NCBI GenBank assembly: GCA_002633005.1
Contig: NMRA01000407.1
Coordinates: 165,143-229,142, forward strand
DNA length: 64,000 nt
Source of the DNA: Phoronis australis
Taxonomy: Eukaryota; Animalia; Phoronida
Direction of reading: 5' to 3'
In this document: piece by piece, positions 12,701 to 26,500 of the stretch
Layout: each line of letters starts with the position of its first letter
Numbering within the stretch: position 1 is the first letter of the stretch
The notes under the pieces: generated by a model
Databases searched by the model: none
The model's input: only the letters and a program-made list of their open reading frames with translations
What the model was told of the DNA's origin: nothing
Made by a program: the position numbers and the translations under genes

Positions 12701-15700
12701 CGTTTCATACATGTTGGCGTTGTGGACTCCCAAACCAATGAAAATTGCCAAAGTCTGGATTACAAAATATTGGAGTTTATTTTTATAATGTTAAGTTTAA
12801 ACATACTATAACAAACAAATGGAATAGGAATGATATTACGATGCGTTAAGCTTTCCGTAATGCGTGTCAGTTTGTGTGCCGTAAAATCATTTTGAGGAGA
12901 GTTCTTGAGACATAGTAAGATGGACAGAATGGTAGGTTACCTCAAAAAGTCCGCAGTCCTGCATGGTGAAGTTGCAGTGGTTCTTCTTGTTAACTAGTTG
13001 CAGGACGCCCACTAAAGTTCCTTCATTGTTGCGCATGGGGATCGTAAGCGTAGTCTTTATCTCGTACTTGTCTTTAATCTTGTGATGAAGTAAAAATTCA
13101 ATGCCGCGTTATCCATTTAACTAAATAAGCTACAGGTTTAGGGTCCTCTCACAAAATAGGGGCCACGAGTTTTAGTCACAGGCTCCCCTAGAAAGCTGTG
13201 TCGACCAGGACAGCGGTGAAAATTGGGGGGGTTAGATTGGAAATTGAAGCAACCGGGAAAGGGGTAGCGCGGACATCATTGGGAGTGGGGCCGGGTGAAC
13301 AATTGTGGTTACTGAGAAGTAAACCAATGTGGCAAGCAGGGCGCGCCGTAAATTATAAAAATTACTCGGGCTCCCAGTTTATATATAGATTATGGACACT
13401 GAGAAACTTTAAGCCGGCATTGTAAAATTGAACTAAAGTGTTCGGGCGGAGGTAACTTTCATCGTTTCTTGTGATCAGAGTCCTCGTTTCAAACTGGTAA
13501 CGGATATCTCACAGCTAAAAGCGACTAAGTACTGACATTTATCCATTAAACAAACCTTAAAAAGTTATCAAAATCGTTGGAAAATGCGAGAGCTAGTGGC
13601 TAAAGGATTTCTTTTTTAAAGCCCAACAGATGCCTCTTGAAAAAACAAAACCGTTTAGTGTCATTGCAAGCTCACCTCTTCCAATTCTCGAATGTCTAGC
13701 AGGTTCTGATCTTCATCCACAGAGAACTGCAATTTTCTAGTCTGCCATACACAAAAAATGAAAGGTCAATACTGGTACGGTGACTGTCAAAATATTTTGT
13801 ACATTGTGAATGAAGACTATCCTGATTATCAGCTAAGAGCCGTGTAGCAGGGGGAATATCTGCTGAGTTCAATACCACGCGTGGGTGTTTGACCCACCAC
13901 GATCACGACAGGGCAAAGAGAGAAAACGTTGAGCAACGTAAAAATTTTCTGCAAAGAGGTATATTGACGTCAGCGTTCCATATTTAAGAGTTTTGACAAA
14001 ACTGAGTGGTTTCATGTGATAAACTTGCCTCATAGATCACTCTTTAACTGCGGATTTTATAAGCATTATATCAGACAGATAGATGCTTGTGTCCAATTTG
14101 CTAATTTTTGCACTTGGTAGAAAAAGTCTAGGAAAAGGACAAAAGGTTTGACCTAAGGTTTGGACTCTTATGAAACATGTCGCCAGCCAAAGCTTGAGGT
14201 CCTCGATAGGTTTATTAAAATTACCTCTCAGCGCTCACCGATATGCAATAAACGTCTAAATAACCATGTTTACTGACAGGAAACGTTTGGCTGATACCAT
14301 AACAGATATTTTTAAAACAGGCAATAATGTTGCAGTGACATCAACAGCTATACACTTTGATAGCTAGGACCAGAAATTACTCTTTGGTTTGTGAAGCTAC
14401 TAGTTGCTAATTTTGCGTTCGATTTTGAGTAAAAAGATTAGACCCCGGGTCCTGTAGTCATTGCAGTTCATGACATCTGTTGAGATTCATGACAAACGTC
14501 CACGTTAATATGTTATGTATCAAGTACCGTGTCGCTGAAGTACAACATGAGTAGGAAGGTATGCAACGGCCCCACGGCAGGCAATGGGATACTTGAATCT
14601 CATCAGGTGACAGCACTCCTATTTAGACAGACATCCTGCCTATATAAAAGCAAGGAGTCTGTGACATAAGCCGCTTTTACACGACATTAGATCGCAAACT
14701 GGATCACCACGAGTCACTTACACGAAGACTGTCTGCGCATGCTTGCATAAACAATAGCAAATGTCCAAACCACGTGGAGTGCCAGGCGTGCGTTCAGTGA
14801 CGCTAGGACCTACGCTAGGACCTTCGCTAGGACCTTCGCTAGGACCTTCGCTAGGACCTACGCTAGGACCTAGCTAGAATCTAGCCAAAGTTGCTTATTC
14901 TCATTTAAAATACATGGCAATATCTCACGCAAATCTCGCAAAGTCTTGCTTTTTAGCGAAGTCCTTGCGTTACTGAACGGGAGCCAGATGATCACCCGAA
15001 TATATGCTATTGCGCAAGCGCATTGAAAGATGGTTTATTCCCGCCCTGTCCCAGTTGTGTTTAGACGTGTAGCAACTGATCGAGTGTAACTCGCTCCACC
15101 TGGCCTATGGGTGGCCATTTCTGCAAAAAAACGTCAAATTGAATCTACGAAACTGGATTGAATTCACGAAAGGTGATTGAATTCACAACACGATACGATA
15201 GACGAAACAGAATCAATTTAACAGCATTGAATTCACAAAACGGGTTACAATAAACAAAACAGCATTGAATTCACCGATATGGAATCGCCGTGTATGAATT
15301 GAATTGAAGTGATGTAATAGCATTGGGTGCGCAGGATTGAATTGTCGTGCAGTTGGCATCGAGTTCATTAAATAAAATTGAATATACATTTTGACGTTTT
15401 TGCATAAACGGCCGCCCATACTGGCCGCCGCGGTATCAGTTGTTCCGCGTCAGTCGTGTTTACACGAACACTTGCACCGGAGCAGCTGTTCCTTGTTAGC
15501 TGCGCTGGGTCAGATGTCTCGCGTGTAAATGCGGCTTTAGACCACAGACGCTGACTTGTTGATAAACTGCATTCTTGTCACGGTCAATTCACTAAGTGTT
15601 CCGTAAACGCAAAAAACTCGCGAAAAGCCAAGCTCACACGAGTCTTCCCTAGATATCACCCTGCAAGAAAGCGTAGCACGCGAGTGACTTGCGTCTACGG

Positions 15701-18700
15701 AATGTAGCGCAATGGGTTTTTTCATGAAAGTGGCTGGACTTAAGATAGAAATTTAGTATTACGCTCCGAATAACTACTCTTGAATAAATCCCACTTGAGA
15801 AAAAGAGAGTGCGAAATCTTAATATACACATAACTCTTGGTTACAGAGATAATTTCTGCAAATTATTTCTAGACTGTGATGCGCTCATTATTACCTGGCT
15901 AAACCTTTATTCAATAATTGTGACGTGGGAGCGTAAGATCAAAGTTCTGTCTTAAAGTCATGGGCGCTCCGTTTCATGAAAGTGACCGCCCATGTTAAAA
16001 AGGGGAGCGTTATTTATTTGCATCCCGTAGAGAATAGTGAGTCGCCCGTTGTTACTGAACCACGGGGATGTTTTGAAGGCCTACTCTGAAAATGGTTCGC
16101 TCCCCCTATGGTTCTTATGGTTTCTTACCTTGCCGGATATAACTGCTTGGGTCGCCAGGTGTGCAGCCTTTTTATAAGGCAACGTGGAGAAACTAAAAAG
16201 AGACGAGCCAAATTGAGTGCTGTCCTGGCAGTGCTACAAAAAATCTCGTGGTCTTTTAAAATCTGATTGCCAGTCGATGTTCATCAAAACATCCTTTTAT
16301 TCAATAGAGATTCAGTAGTAAAATTCTTCAGTTTCGCCTTTTGCAGAAATTTCGGAATGGGTGCATTTCATACCTACGGAACTCATCAAAAGCCTTAGAC
16401 TGTAATCCCTCGTCTGCCTCTCGTGGATGACGTAGTACTGAGAGTTCCAGAGGCCTAATGTACGAAAGCTTTAAACATGTTTTTTCGGGAAGAAAAATTA
16501 ACACAGTTGGGTTTTCGATTTTTAAAAACCCGTGAACTATTAAATGAAACCATAACTTTAATGGCATCCGAAAGACTTTATCTTCTTTTTGACTGCGAAC
16601 TGCGTTTCCACTTAGTTCAGGGACTTCGCATTCAATAGACAAGATCAATAGACAGTGCCAACGTTTTTGATTTTCAGAAGGCTTTTGGGTAAGGAACTGT
16701 AACTGTAGCAAACCTCGTCATGTTGACGTAAAATGTGTGGGTATAGCACATACACTATTTCATGATTGCAGTACATGATCAACATTTCATCCAGTCCAGG
16801 TGAAGCAGGCCTACTTGAAACGACGTAAAAAGACTGAGCAGGCTGCTTTGCAACTTCAGGAAAATGTCGTTGTCGGCTTCCTACGTGTTTTGGTTTATAA
16901 TTTACGCTTCAAATTCTGTAGTTGATTCGTCACAGCAAAACAGATACATGTTATGCATTGACGCTATACAAAAAAGAAAAACACGTGTCCTTTGTCATTA
17001 AACCTATGAAGTCGACTTAAAGAGTGCATGATTTCAATTTACTTATTTTATGCCTATCTCACCCTTTCTTGTTCATTTCAAATTATTAATAAAAAGGACT
17101 GTAAGTCATTGATAAAGGCAAAAAAGAAAAACAGTTTTGTTCTGGTCGTTTTTCGAAAATCGAGTCGATGGCGTGTATTTTTTAGTTGCTCACTTTTTAA
17201 AAAAAGAACATCCACTAGGGACGATTCTAAGTTAAAGAATTTAACCAGTTTCGGGTGCGGGAGGCCTCCCGACAGCTAATATGACGTCGCAATCTAGCGT
17301 ATTGTCCAATGGCTGTTAACACGTGTCATTAAAAATAGCACGTTTTACCAACAAAAATTGTCTATGACCCTCAGAATAGTGTTTGGTTACTAGAAGTTCG
17401 GAGTCACCACCCTGTCGTTCCGCAAGAAGTAAAACACGTCGGGTTGACACAATGGCGTATGCTGGGGGGATCCGTCCCGTGCGGCACGGGGAGTGAATTG
17501 CTGCATTGACGGACGGACGGTGGCAAAATGATCGGTGGGCGGCGCAAAGTGGGACGAGAATCGCAGGTAAGTGGGATAAAGTAACTTATTATGCACAACG
17601 AACAGAAGCACAAATGCATCCCGCAAGTCATAAAAGTCTCTGAAAGTATTGTGATGTTTTGCACCGCAGTAATGGAGATCATGTGCACTTGAAGCGGTGC
17701 GTCGCCTTTTGTGATTGGCTTAAAGGAGAAGGCAATCATTTTCATATCATTTTTAATAAAAATACGGTTCATTGATTACTCCAGACATATGTTTCAGTTA
17801 ACTGCAGCTTCTCATAACTTTATTAATTAGTCGTACACTACTCCGGAAGTGACATTTATGGGGTTAAGAATTTCCCGCCATTTTATTTCTGCGTTTGAGT
17901 TTACTGTGAGGATCTGTACTACTGTTGTTTTCGTGCTGGTTTCCTAAAATTGTCGTCACCACTTACCATCAACGAATATTCTATGACAAGCTAGGTTGTT
18001 AGAGAACTCAATTACGTTTAATTTGGGGATCGTAATATTTTGTAGCAGCTGAAAATGGCTGGATTCTGCGACCACATCACAGACACAGTGACGTGAGTGA
18101 TGGAGATATTAATCATAGCAGTGTTGATGAGGATTTTTTTCACGAAGTCAGTGGGTGGATATATGATTGAGCCCGAGTATAATAGTGAGACAGAATACGC
18201 ACAGACAGTTGTTGAGAGGGATGAGGCAGAGACTGGGGACAGACGTGGTGGGACGTTTTGGTCTAAATGCACGGTGTGCAGTGTACGTTATGCCGACCTC
18301 AATGGAATGCCTATGCTGTTCCCACTGAATGATGACCTGAGCATTCAAACCGCTTACACCCTCGTGACCCTGTCGTGTGACTCCCTCGTTACACACCTGG
18401 CACCTTCTAACTGGCTTCAATACACTGTACTTTAGTCAAGTCCGCAATAAACTTATGAAAGTTTGGTTCACCAGTCTGTTCACTGGACGACGAACTGTCC
18501 TTATCACTGTGTATCGAAATGGGACTGTATTCACTCCCACTACTCAACATCGCTGCAGGGCTTCTTACAGGCTCTAGGCTAGAGACAACACCAGCACAGG
18601 GCGAATCACTGCTAGTTCCCGAAATTGCACGGTCTGGGGGTACTTTCGAAGGCACGGGTGGCAGTAGATGAAGCGCCTCCAGTCACTGTGAAGGCCACAG

Positions 18701-21700
18701 CTCGCGAGGCTTCTCGCTTAAAAAAATGCACTTCTCGGGGGTGGCGACGGAGCACAGCCTGCAATCAACGGCGTTGCTTTGCAGGAACCTTCATCAATTC
18801 GGCGTACATGTCTCTAATACCACAGCAGAAAATGCTTGCCACTCACTCGGTAATTTTCCACTGCTTTGTACGTTGCGTGGACGGGTAACGCTGCGTTCCT
18901 CACATGAACGAGTCAAGTACGGCGGAGTGTGTCATCTTTTGGAAAGCTATGTAATGTAATACCCAAAGTGCGCGTGAAACAATAATGAGCACACCCCGGT
19001 ACGCAGCAACCGTGAAGCATGTTGACTGACTCATAAACAAACGCCAACGACGACCGAACTTATCACAATCGAGGTAAAACAATGACTGACTTGACAGCTT
19101 ACACAGTCAGACTATTCGAAAACAAAATGGCGGGAAATTCTTAAACCCCTGAATGTCACTTCCGGAGTAAGGCACAACTAATTAATAAAATTACGGGAAG
19201 CCATTATTAACTAAAAAATATCTTTGGGTAATCAAAGAACCGTATTTTTATTAAAATGACATGAAAAAGGTTGCTTCTCCTTTAACGGCTAATCCTGTGG
19301 ACTTTTCGAACATTGTCCGGTGCATCTTTTACAGGTACCTTATGCATCATCGCTTGGTAAATCATGACATTTCATTCCTTGTTTACGTGCCATTGTGTAG
19401 CTTCTCAAAAACCCCGAATGAAATTGATGAGAGTAGGCGCTTTTCATTTTTTTATTTTAGCCAGTGAGCGCTGGCCTTAAACTGAGTCGAGTTCTAGACC
19501 AGAAGCAACAACGCTTTTTGGCCTAATCTTTAAGAGCACGCGTAGCAGTGGTATCAACTTTCTTGCGCATAACCATGGAATTGGGCCTACCTTACTGAAG
19601 TGACGTTGGGCTCTTCAGAGCAGCTGGAATTATTCAATACAAACACTTTCTCAAAGCTGGGGTCTTTCTGCAAACAATAGTACAAGTTGGTGAATAATCA
19701 ATTTCTGAGTTCGTTTGATGGATGTGCAATTAGAAACCGTGAATGTTCAGGGACGACTCGACTCAAAACATGGTGCGAGTAAACTTACAAATTTGTTCTC
19801 GAGATTGGTCACGTTTCGAGTCTTAATAACATGCGTTTTTGCTTTCTCTCAAAGTTTTCATGACAACAAGCATTGGCTACATTCATCAGCAACGAGTCAG
19901 TAGAGATGTGAAAACGTTCCTAAACGCTTCAAAACACACGAAAAATGACTTAAGCTCATCAAATCGATCTCGTAATATTCGTTACCGTGTTACAATTCTA
20001 CATTCATCGCCAACAAGAACATGAAATCATCAGCAACTCAAAAAAACCTTCAGAGTTTATTGGGGTCCGCAAACCTAAAAATTACGCATATACATGTCGC
20101 TTGTGACTTATGTTGCCGACTGATTCACCAATAATTTGGGATCGAAAAAATGTGGTGATGTTTTTAAACCCCCAAAGCGATTCCGTTTAGAAACCAGCAA
20201 TAACAACAATAACGGCGGCGAAATCACCCTTTAACTGTTAACATTGTGCTTGAGGTATAGGCCAGAGGCCTACATTATCTCTTTGGGAGTATACAATTTG
20301 TATTTACGTGCCTTTTCTGTAACTTTTAGCCGCTCTGCGACGAAAGTGCAGTCGATGCACATGTACATCCATGCTGGAAAACCCTTAACAACTTTTTAAC
20401 GAAGTCATGTGTGAACGTGACTATAAAGATTTGGGTGACAGTTATTGATCGATTGCAAGCTTCAAATGAGATATAGAACTGATGAGCAGCTATTAATAAT
20501 GTCGCATGCGTAGTAAGGAGATCTAAAGAGTGAAGGTCGAGTCTTTTGTTTGTAAATTGCAAGAGTGTGTTCTTAGAAGAGTGTGAAATTATTGAAGCAA
20601 GGTTTCGGTTGCCTACACTTAGACATCGCAAAACGTGTGACACTAAGTCGCTGTAGTGGTGCAATATCACTTAAATAATTGAGCGCTGCTCCAACTTGTC
20701 AAAATGAAAAAGAACGATTAAACAGAAATGAAGCGATGCGAGCTCCATTCGAACCATAGCATAACCATGGAAAAGAAGAATTGTTAATTAAATATTATTT
20801 TGTGATAAAATTTTTATAAATAAAATCCAAGCAGCCATTCTGCAAAACGGAATGCCCCAAAGTAATTGCCACCTTATTACCAATACAACGCGCAGAATAG
20901 CTTTAAATTGGGAAATGCAGATTTTCATTTTGTTTTTACTGAAAATACAAATTGCGGCATATCTTAAAGGTACAATTCAGCGTTAATCACTCATCCCTTG
21001 GCACTTACTAGCTATTTCCATAAAGAAGTGACATATTTGACCCCACAATCAGTTCCTTCTACTTTGTTCCCTCCACCTATTGCACCAGATGAGCACTGCC
21101 GCAAACCGTGGCTCTACACTCTGGACTGTATATTTGTCTTCGTATAGGCTAAAAATGTTATTTCACGACCACTTCACGATCTCCCATGAGCAAAGTACAA
21201 AGAATATACACGTAAGTGCAAGTTACTGAGATACTTTCTAGAAATTATTTTCAGACTGTGGTGCACTCATTTGACTAGTGATTTATTCAGTAATTGAGAG
21301 AAAATGGAAGGGTAAGACCCCTGGTCTGTGTTATTTTTTATAATTGATGGAGTTGTGAGATATTTTTGGTTGTCTATGTATTCAAAACAAAAAAGTCATC
21401 AGCTGACATGCTTCAGGATCCCTAGTTCTTTTCTACCCACATCGTCACCCGCTGCTGGTTTTGAGGCGCGTGATTGCAAAATGGGTCGGGTGCTTACCGA
21501 AACCAACTGTACGTTTGGTCTTGTACTGCTTATAAAATGCTGTGCGTTCATCTTTGATTTAGGTACAAAAACCCCAAAGCGGCGACTCCTGGGAATAACT
21601 GTGGGAAATTTTAATCAGTGTCGTCCCTAGAGAAGTCTGAAACATTTCCAAGGAAATGTCAAGACCTAACTTTGAACTCCACTGATTGCATTCAGTGGTT

Positions 21701-23501
21701 ATCGTCATCCGTCATTGGGTGCACGAAATTTACTTTGCCGGCTCCGCAGGACCAAGCGGATAAGACATTTGTCTGGTCTATAAGCAAGGAGGATCAGCAA
21801 TTCAAAACCATTTGCCCAGACTTCAAAACAAGTCGGCTGGACTGCAAAGCCTAAGGGTCGGTGATCAAACGTGTTGTCCAGGCTTCAAAACGCGATGGCC
21901 TCCCCAAATGCTAGTTGGTTGGACCCAAAACACGATGGCCAGTGTTAGAACCAGTTGGCCGGTGATCAAACACGACGGCCGGACTTCCTCAGAGACTTAC
22001 TTTGAAAGTCCTAAAGGATTGAAGTGGCATCTAGTCCGGCCAACCCGTTTTAGGTCTGGCAAACCTGTTTTTTGCCTGCGGCCATCTGGTTTTGAACAAC
22101 CGGACATCGCGTTTTGGGGTCCAACCACCAAGTTAGAACACCAGACATTGAGTTTTTCAGTCCAGCCAGCTGGTTTCGAGGTCCGGGTAAATGGTTTTGA
22201 ATCCTGACCAATTGTTAATTCCCCTTGATAAGCGTGTGTGTGTTAAAAAAAATCAAAACTGTAAAATCTCGTAAAATCTTCTATAGTTTCATTTCCGAGC
22301 AGTTTAAAACCAATCAAAAATAGTGAAAAACAAGGACTTGGCAACTTTAAATGATTTTATAAGCGCAAACGTCGATCACAACTATGTGTGACCTGAACTA
22401 ATTGAACAAACCGCAGGTGAATCCGCCATGTTCTGAAAATAAACACATTTTCAAGGGTACGTGTACTGTCACAAGTTGTTTAAATCGCGAACTCACAGGA
22501 TTCCACTTATGAGCTACAGAATGTATGCAGCATCGTGCAGATGAACAATTGATTATCTATAGACTGAATAATGACGTTAGACAAACAGTGTTTTATTCAT
22601 TTTCTACAGCCGTTTTAAAATTTGAAAGCAAGCACCAAACAGAATAGAGGGTTTTAGAAGTTTCCAAAAGAAGTCAATAGATACAGAAATCTGACTGTAC
22701 TTTAGTTCACACGAATCCTATTACGTGCTTAGAGGCTTGGACGAGGCTAGATTCGTGAACTAGACTTTCAAATTTCACCCGATGTTTTTGGTCAGTTTTC
22801 GGCTTGAGTTTTTAGAAACGTTTAGGCTTACGCATAAAGGAGGTTTACCCAGTATGATAGGCTGATGTTACCTAAAACACACTATGTACAACGAACCGAA
22901 ACATTGGACCACCGTAGACGGAGAGCTACGAGCTCTGATACGCCGTAAAATGTAACAATTTCGTAGCATGTAACAACTTTTACGTCATTGTTACATTTTA
23001 CGTTGCTAAGCTTCTCCTAAAATATAACAAGTTGTCACATTTTCCGTAATTGTTACATTTTACGAAAGCAACGTCATATTTACAAATAAAATGACTAAAA
23101 TCACGAACTAGTGGTATCAAACACGGCCGGGGGGGGGGTACTCGAGTATTTTGGAGGAGGGGTGCCGCCCGAAAAGTTTGGATACCTACCCATTTAGAGA
23201 GTGGGCTCGGACAAAAAGGGACCCATTTAAAGAGTAATTTTGTGTAAAAATTCACATTTTTGTACAGTTCTGTTCCAAAAATTCGAAAAACGCGCCCTTT
23301 TAGATAGTATTTTGTCGAAAATGGCACCATTTTGGTGAGTATTTTTGTTGTGAAAAAACACCGTTTTGGGCGGTACTTTTCTTATACCTTCTTCTATAGG
23401 AATGGCCTTCGGGCTAACCATTATTATTTTCATTACTGTTACATTACTATTACTACTTTCACTACTATTACTCGTTATTATCATTGTCATTATCATTGTT
23501 G

Positions 23502-23542
<41 letters not shown>

Positions 23543-26500
23543 GAATTTATTTAATGAAGACACAGTGCAATATACACAATACATGTTTATCAAAGTGCTA
23601 ATACATCATGGTCCTCAAAAATTTTAAAAACATCTCATTTACGGTTCGATGTTTTCACAGGGCTTCCCATTATGGACAGCGAGTGCAATTTCCAAAGGAT
23701 TTTCTAAGTTCAGCCTTAACGATATTGTGAGAAACGTCTTGACAGCTGTGGATGCAGAGTAGAAAAGAGGAGGTTGAGATTTAAAATCTTGTTTAGACGT
23801 GCGCCAACTCCGAGAAATTCTGAACTATCGGCAAGCACGATGTTGTTCGTAAATATCACTATACCCTTCTGTAGTTAGCCATGAAGAACTGAATTCTGAC
23901 TATAATTTTTTACTTGCGACGTACATCTAAACGTGAGGAAACCCACCGTGTTATCATTTTTTGTCTCTTGTTGAAAACATTCCTTTCCAAAGAACTGGGG
24001 ATGGTTCTATGATGATATGTAAGTTTAAACATTGCGTTAAGTTGAACTCTGGAGGCAGGCAGTTTTCGAGAACTGACGACTAGCCTGCTATGGCTGCGGT
24101 CACCGGCTCGCTGGTTCCCAGCGTGCCGCTAGGTGGTCAGTAGCCAGCACGCAGGTACCACTTATTTTTCCACGGGAAATTTTTTACACCGGCGTTTCTG
24201 ATTGGCTAGTCGAATTCTAAACAGGCAGCGCTTTACGCAAACAAACTGGCATGACTGATGGACTGAAGTATCAATGCAGTCTGTTGTACAGACAAATCGG
24301 TGCTTAAAATTTATGTCCAGGAAATGTGAATCCTAGAAATTGTGGTTGCGCCTTTTCGGAGTGCATCTTTCTACTATTGTTGAGACGCCACGTGCATGAC
24401 AAGGCTAAAATCGTTCACAGCCCGCCATTGTTTCACGGTGTTGTAAAGCTAGTCAATGACTGCTGAGGTTACATCACCAATGCTCAAGCGCGTGCCATTG
24501 CGTGATACCTGCGTGCTGGCTATGTTCTTTGAAGAACACAGTGATTTAACTGAGTGATTTGAACTAGGTTTCATTGAAAGTGGGTTGTCTGGTCCAAAAA
24601 CGGCCAACGTCAAAGTCTCGCTGGTTCCCTGCGTGCTTAGCCCAGCCAGCACGCAGGTATCACGCAGTGGCACGAGCTTTAGCATTGGTCGATGTATCCT
24701 CGGCAGTCGTTGGTTAGCTTTGTAACACAGTGAAAAAATGTCGGACTGTGGACAATTTTTAGCCTTGTCATGCACGTGGCGTCGCAGCAACTATTTCGTT
24801 TCTGCAGTGATGTTCAATAGCCGCGTGCTTGAAGCACATACATATACAATAATCACATATCTGATCGATTTAACCGGTGTGTTATTCATGTGGTATGAAT
24901 ACAGGACAGTATCGTAAACAAAAGTCATCGTCAGTAGAATGATGCATTCCGAAAAGTCACAATCACAATTTCTAGGCTACAAATTTCCTGAACATAAATT
25001 TTAAGCACCGATTTGTCTGTACAACAGACCACATTTACACTTCAGTCCATCAGTCACATGCTACCGCCCCATCTAGCGGCACGCAGGGAACCAGCGAGCG
25101 TCAAAGTCAACTATGTTTAATATGCCTTTTTATGCGATGCACCAAAAGAGTGAATATTAATTGCCTGATCTGCCTACAACCACGCGTGTTGTTGACAGCG
25201 ATCTGCAACCCCAAGAATGGCGCTTCATGAGATACGTGGCATCACGTCCATTAGGCTAATAGTAGAATGTCCAATCCCTGTATTTAATTATATGTACTTC
25301 GAACTACCAACACTGTTTCAGACAGGTTTGACATCATAGGAACAATGATATTTCTTTCAGCGTTAAAGATGATTAGAAAACGGCACAAAGCCGACACTGT
25401 TTTAAACTAACGGCTTGCCTTTCTCAAAGGCCACCTTTTGCTGTTGCATTGTTAAATATCTTTCAATCTGCCAGCAAATAAATGCGTGCTTTTATTTTCT
25501 TCCACCGCAATGTCTGTAAGAAATCCGCAACTAAGGTGGTAGACAGAACCCGTCACCATCAGAAACTTTGGTCTCGCTTGTGTGAAGCGGGGCAATTATT
25601 GCATTAGGCAATAAAACACTGAGTGAAATAAATCAAACTATCGTGGACTAAAACGAGTGTTTTTTATCAAATTGACTGCTGAAATTGAATTCTTTGTAAA
25701 AAAATGTTATGGTCGTTCGTTCCCAAAGAAATACGATAAATATTAGTCAAAATACGATGTCATTCTTTCCGTTGTGCTTACGAAGGGGAATGTGTTTAGT
25801 TTAATGCCGCATACACAATTGGTTTATGACCTGTGAGCTCCAACAAAAGGTTGTAAGAACGCTTTCACGATAAAAAATTGTTACCTGATCCTGGAAAACG
25901 GCTTTCGTCTGGAGTTGAAATTGTACGAGGTACATTTTTATTATACAAAGAAATTATTCATGTTAAAAAAACAATTAAAAGCACATAATTCGAGCTGGCA
26001 CTTTTTTACAGAACTTCATTCAAGCAAGTCGAGAAAGAAGCCGTTACGTGTGTGAGCCGTTTTTCTGCGCGTGACAAATACCATGCAAACTCATGAAATA
26101 TGACGTCGCTTTCGTAAAATGTAACAGTGGTACATTTGTCGCATGTGCATTCGACGTAAATTGCAAAAATTACATAAAATGTAACAACTTGTTACATTTT
26201 AGGAGAGGTCGTTCAACGTAAAATGTAACAATGATGTAAAATATAACAGTTGTTACATTTTACAAAATTGTTACATTTTACGGCGTATCATAGCTCAGCT
26301 GTCTGACTGGTGAACGATAGGGGTGCTTGTGGCTCATCTCAGGACTAGAACAATTTAATGACCTACATGTACATGTATAACGGCAATTGATATGCTGTAT
26401 TTTCATGCCTTGCCCCGAGCTGTCAACTCAGATATTGTTCACTTGACGCCGACAGGTGAGCTCGTTGCAATCGTGTGCGGTGCCCCTCACCGAAAGTTGA

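Larger units (their letters stand above)
14669..15536. mobile_element. Harbinger-like MITE containing two nested insertions
   Basis: TIR AGCCGCTTTTACACG / CGTGTAAATGCGGCT; flanks ATA / TTA (imperfect TWA). Confidence 0.6.
17724..19281. mobile_element. Kolobok-like non-autonomous DNA transposon with decayed THAP and KolX/P2X7-ballast-like frames
   Basis: TTAA|AGGAGAAG...CTTCTCCT|TTAA; imperfect TIRs of about 160 bp (17724-17885 vs about 19122-19281); TTAA TSD with AG..CT ends fits Kolobok. Confidence 0.85.
22936..26290. mobile_element. 3.35-kb segment bounded by long inverted repeats built of TGTAACA/TGTTACA subrepeats
   Basis: TGATACGCCGTAAAATGTAACAA...TTGTTACATTTTACGGCGTATCA; arms about 22936-23080 and 26095-26290; flanks GAGCTC / TAGCTC resemble a TSD. 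Confidence 0.7.

Noticed and set aside
14528-14639. AG/GT-bounded segment in a PDE intron that looked like an exon
   Set aside because: Stop codons in all three minus-strand frames
14801-14872. Short direct repeats as a possible CRISPR-like array (also 5270-5346 and 43423-43477)
   Set aside because: Head-to-tail units with no unique spacers, eukaryotic context, no cas genes
16328-16711. 127-aa minus-strand ORF in a PDE intron
   Set aside because: No recognisable domain, no ATG start, not needed for the gene model
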